Assembly (NCBI GenBank): GCA_963514005.1
Contig: OY740786.1
Location: forward strand, 67,890,001 to 67,954,000
DNA from: Raja brachyura
Taxonomy: Eukaryota
DNA: 64,000 nucleotides
Direction: 5' to 3'
The position numbers and the translations under genes were made by a program. Position 1 is the first letter of the stretch. Every line of letters starts with the position of its first letter. The notes under the pieces were generated by a model that was not told the origin of the DNA, did no database searches, and was given only the letters and a program-made list of their open reading frames with translations. This document shows, one piece after another, positions 62,145 through 64,000 of this stretch.

Positions 62145-63920
62145 CAGTGCCCTCCATAATGTTTGGGACAAAGACCCATCATTTATTTATTTGCCTCTGT
62201 ACGCCACAATTTGAGGTTTGTAATAGAAAAAAAATCACATGTGGCTAAAGTGCATGTTGTCAGATTTTATTAAAGGCCATTTTTATACATTTTGGTTTCA
62301 CCATAAAGAAATTACAGGTGCTTATACATCGTTCCCTCATTTCAGGGCACCATAATGTTTTGGACACATGGCTTCACAGGTGTTTGTAATTGCTCAGGTG
62401 TGTTAATTGCCTCCTTCATGCAGGTATAAGAGAGCTCTCAGCACCTAGTCTGAAGAAGGGTCTCGACATGAAACGTCAGCTATTCCTTCGCTCCATAGAT
62501 GCTGCCTCACCCGCTGGGTTTCTCCAGCATTTTTGTCTCCCTTAGATTTTTCCAGCATCTGCAGTTCTTTCTTAAACAACCTAGTTTTTCCTCCAGTCTT
62601 TCCATCAGCTTTGGAAACCTTTATTGCTGTTTATCAACATGAGGACCAAAGATGTGCCAATGAAAGTCAAAGAAGCCATTATGGGACTGATAAACTAGAA
62701 TAAAACTGTTAGAGACATCAACCAAACCTTAGGCTTACCAAAATCAACTGTTTGGAACATCCTTAAGAAGAAAGAGAGCACTGGTGAGCTTACTAATCGC
62801 AAAAGGACTCGCAGGCCAAGGAAGACCCCCACAGCTGATGGCAGAAGAATTCTCTCTATAATAAAGAAAAATCCCCAAACACCTGTCCGACAGATCAGAA
62901 ACACTCTTCGGGTGTGGGTTTGTCAATGACCACTGTCCGCAGAAGACTTCATGAACAGAAATACAAAGGCTACACTGCAAGATACAAACCGCTGGTTAGC
63001 CACAAAAATAGGATGGCCAGGTTACAGTTTGCTAAGCAGTACTTAAAAGAGCAACCACAGTTCTGGAAAAAGGTCTTGTGGACAGATAAGACAAAGATTA
63101 ACATATCAGAGTGCTGGCAGGAGCAACGTATGGAGGAGAGAAGGAACTGCCCAAGATCATAAGCACACCACCTCATCTGTGAAACACGGTGGTGGGGGTG
63201 TTATGGTTTGGGCATGTAAAGCTGCTGAAGGTACTGGCTCACTTATCTTCATTGATGATACAACTGCTGATGATAGTAGCATAATGAATTCTGACGTGTA
63301 TAGACACATCCTATCTGCACAAGTTCAAACAAATGCCTCAAAACTCATTGGCCGGCAGTTCATTCTACAGCAAGACAGTGATCCCAAACATACTTCTAAA
63401 GCAACAAGAGTTTTTCAAAGCTAAAAAATGTTCAATTCTTGAGTGTGCCAAGTCAATCACCTGATCTGAACCCAATTGTGCATGCCTTTTATATGTTGAA
63501 GAGAAAACTGAAGGGGACTACCCCCAAAACAAGCACAAGCTAAAGATGGCTGCAATACAGGCCTGGCAGAGCATCACCATATAAGTCACCCAGCAACTGT
63601 TGATGTCCATGAATCGCAGACTTCAAGCAGTTATTGCATGCAAAGGATATGCAACAAAATTCTAAACATGACTACTTTCATCTACATGACATTGCTGTGT
63701 CCTAAAGATTATGGTGCCCTGAAATGGGGGGACAAATTATAAACTCTGATGTAATTACTACATGGTGAAATCAAAATGTTTAAAAATTGCCTTTATTAAA
63801 ATCTTACAATGTGCACTTTAACCACATGTGTTTTTTTTCTATTACAAATCTCAAATTGTGGAGTACAGAGGCAAATAAATAAATGATGGGTCTTTGTCCC
63901 AAAAATTATGGAGGGCACTG
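62145..63920 (+). mobile_element. Second Tc1 transposon, full length, defective
   Basis: TIRs CAGTGCCCTCCATAAT.../...ATTATGGAGGGCACTG, TA TSD; transposase ~62639-63665 with VLWTDKTK, KHGGGGVMVW, LQQDSDPKH; stops and frameshifts. Confidence 0.95.
62450..62578 (+). mobile_element. Penelope hammerhead micro-element nested in Tc1, TSD ACCTAGT
   Basis: TSD at 62443-62449 and 62579-62585; insert begins at CTGAAGA. Confidence 0.85.
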
Positions 63921-64000
63921 TATGTTGGGCTGTTTTGATAAATGATTTGAGGTGGCCAAAAGACATCAGGCTCCCAAAATAAAGGGTAAGAATAAAGTTG

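Overview
Vertebrate genomic DNA, most likely a cartilaginous fish (skate/ray-like; inferred from HE1-type tRNA SINEs, CR1/HER1, Rex1 and Penelope repeats). The window is the middle of the ATM gene on the minus strand. I traced 35 consecutive GT-AG exons (human exon 21-55 equivalents, 61014 down to 346). They splice into one open 5083-nt frame (~1694 aa) covering HEAT/pincer, FAT and the start of the PI3K-like kinase domain; both gene ends lie outside the window. The introns are dense with transposon relics: L1, CR1, Rex1/Babar, Vingi, RTE, Penelope, two Tc1, Harbinger-like and hAT MITEs, and a Helitron. The most unusual signal is about 25 short Penelope-derived units carrying a minimal hammerhead ribozyme (CTGAAGA-A-GGGTCTCGACCC-GAAACGTC). 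Five single units with target-site duplications (TSDs) all start within ~10 nt at the catalytic CUGA box. Three others inserted as TSD-flanked head-to-head palindromic pairs. This suggests a hammerhead-delimited, possibly dimer-mobilised micro-retroelement system. Human exon numbers and sizes are from memory, and all coordinates were counted by hand.
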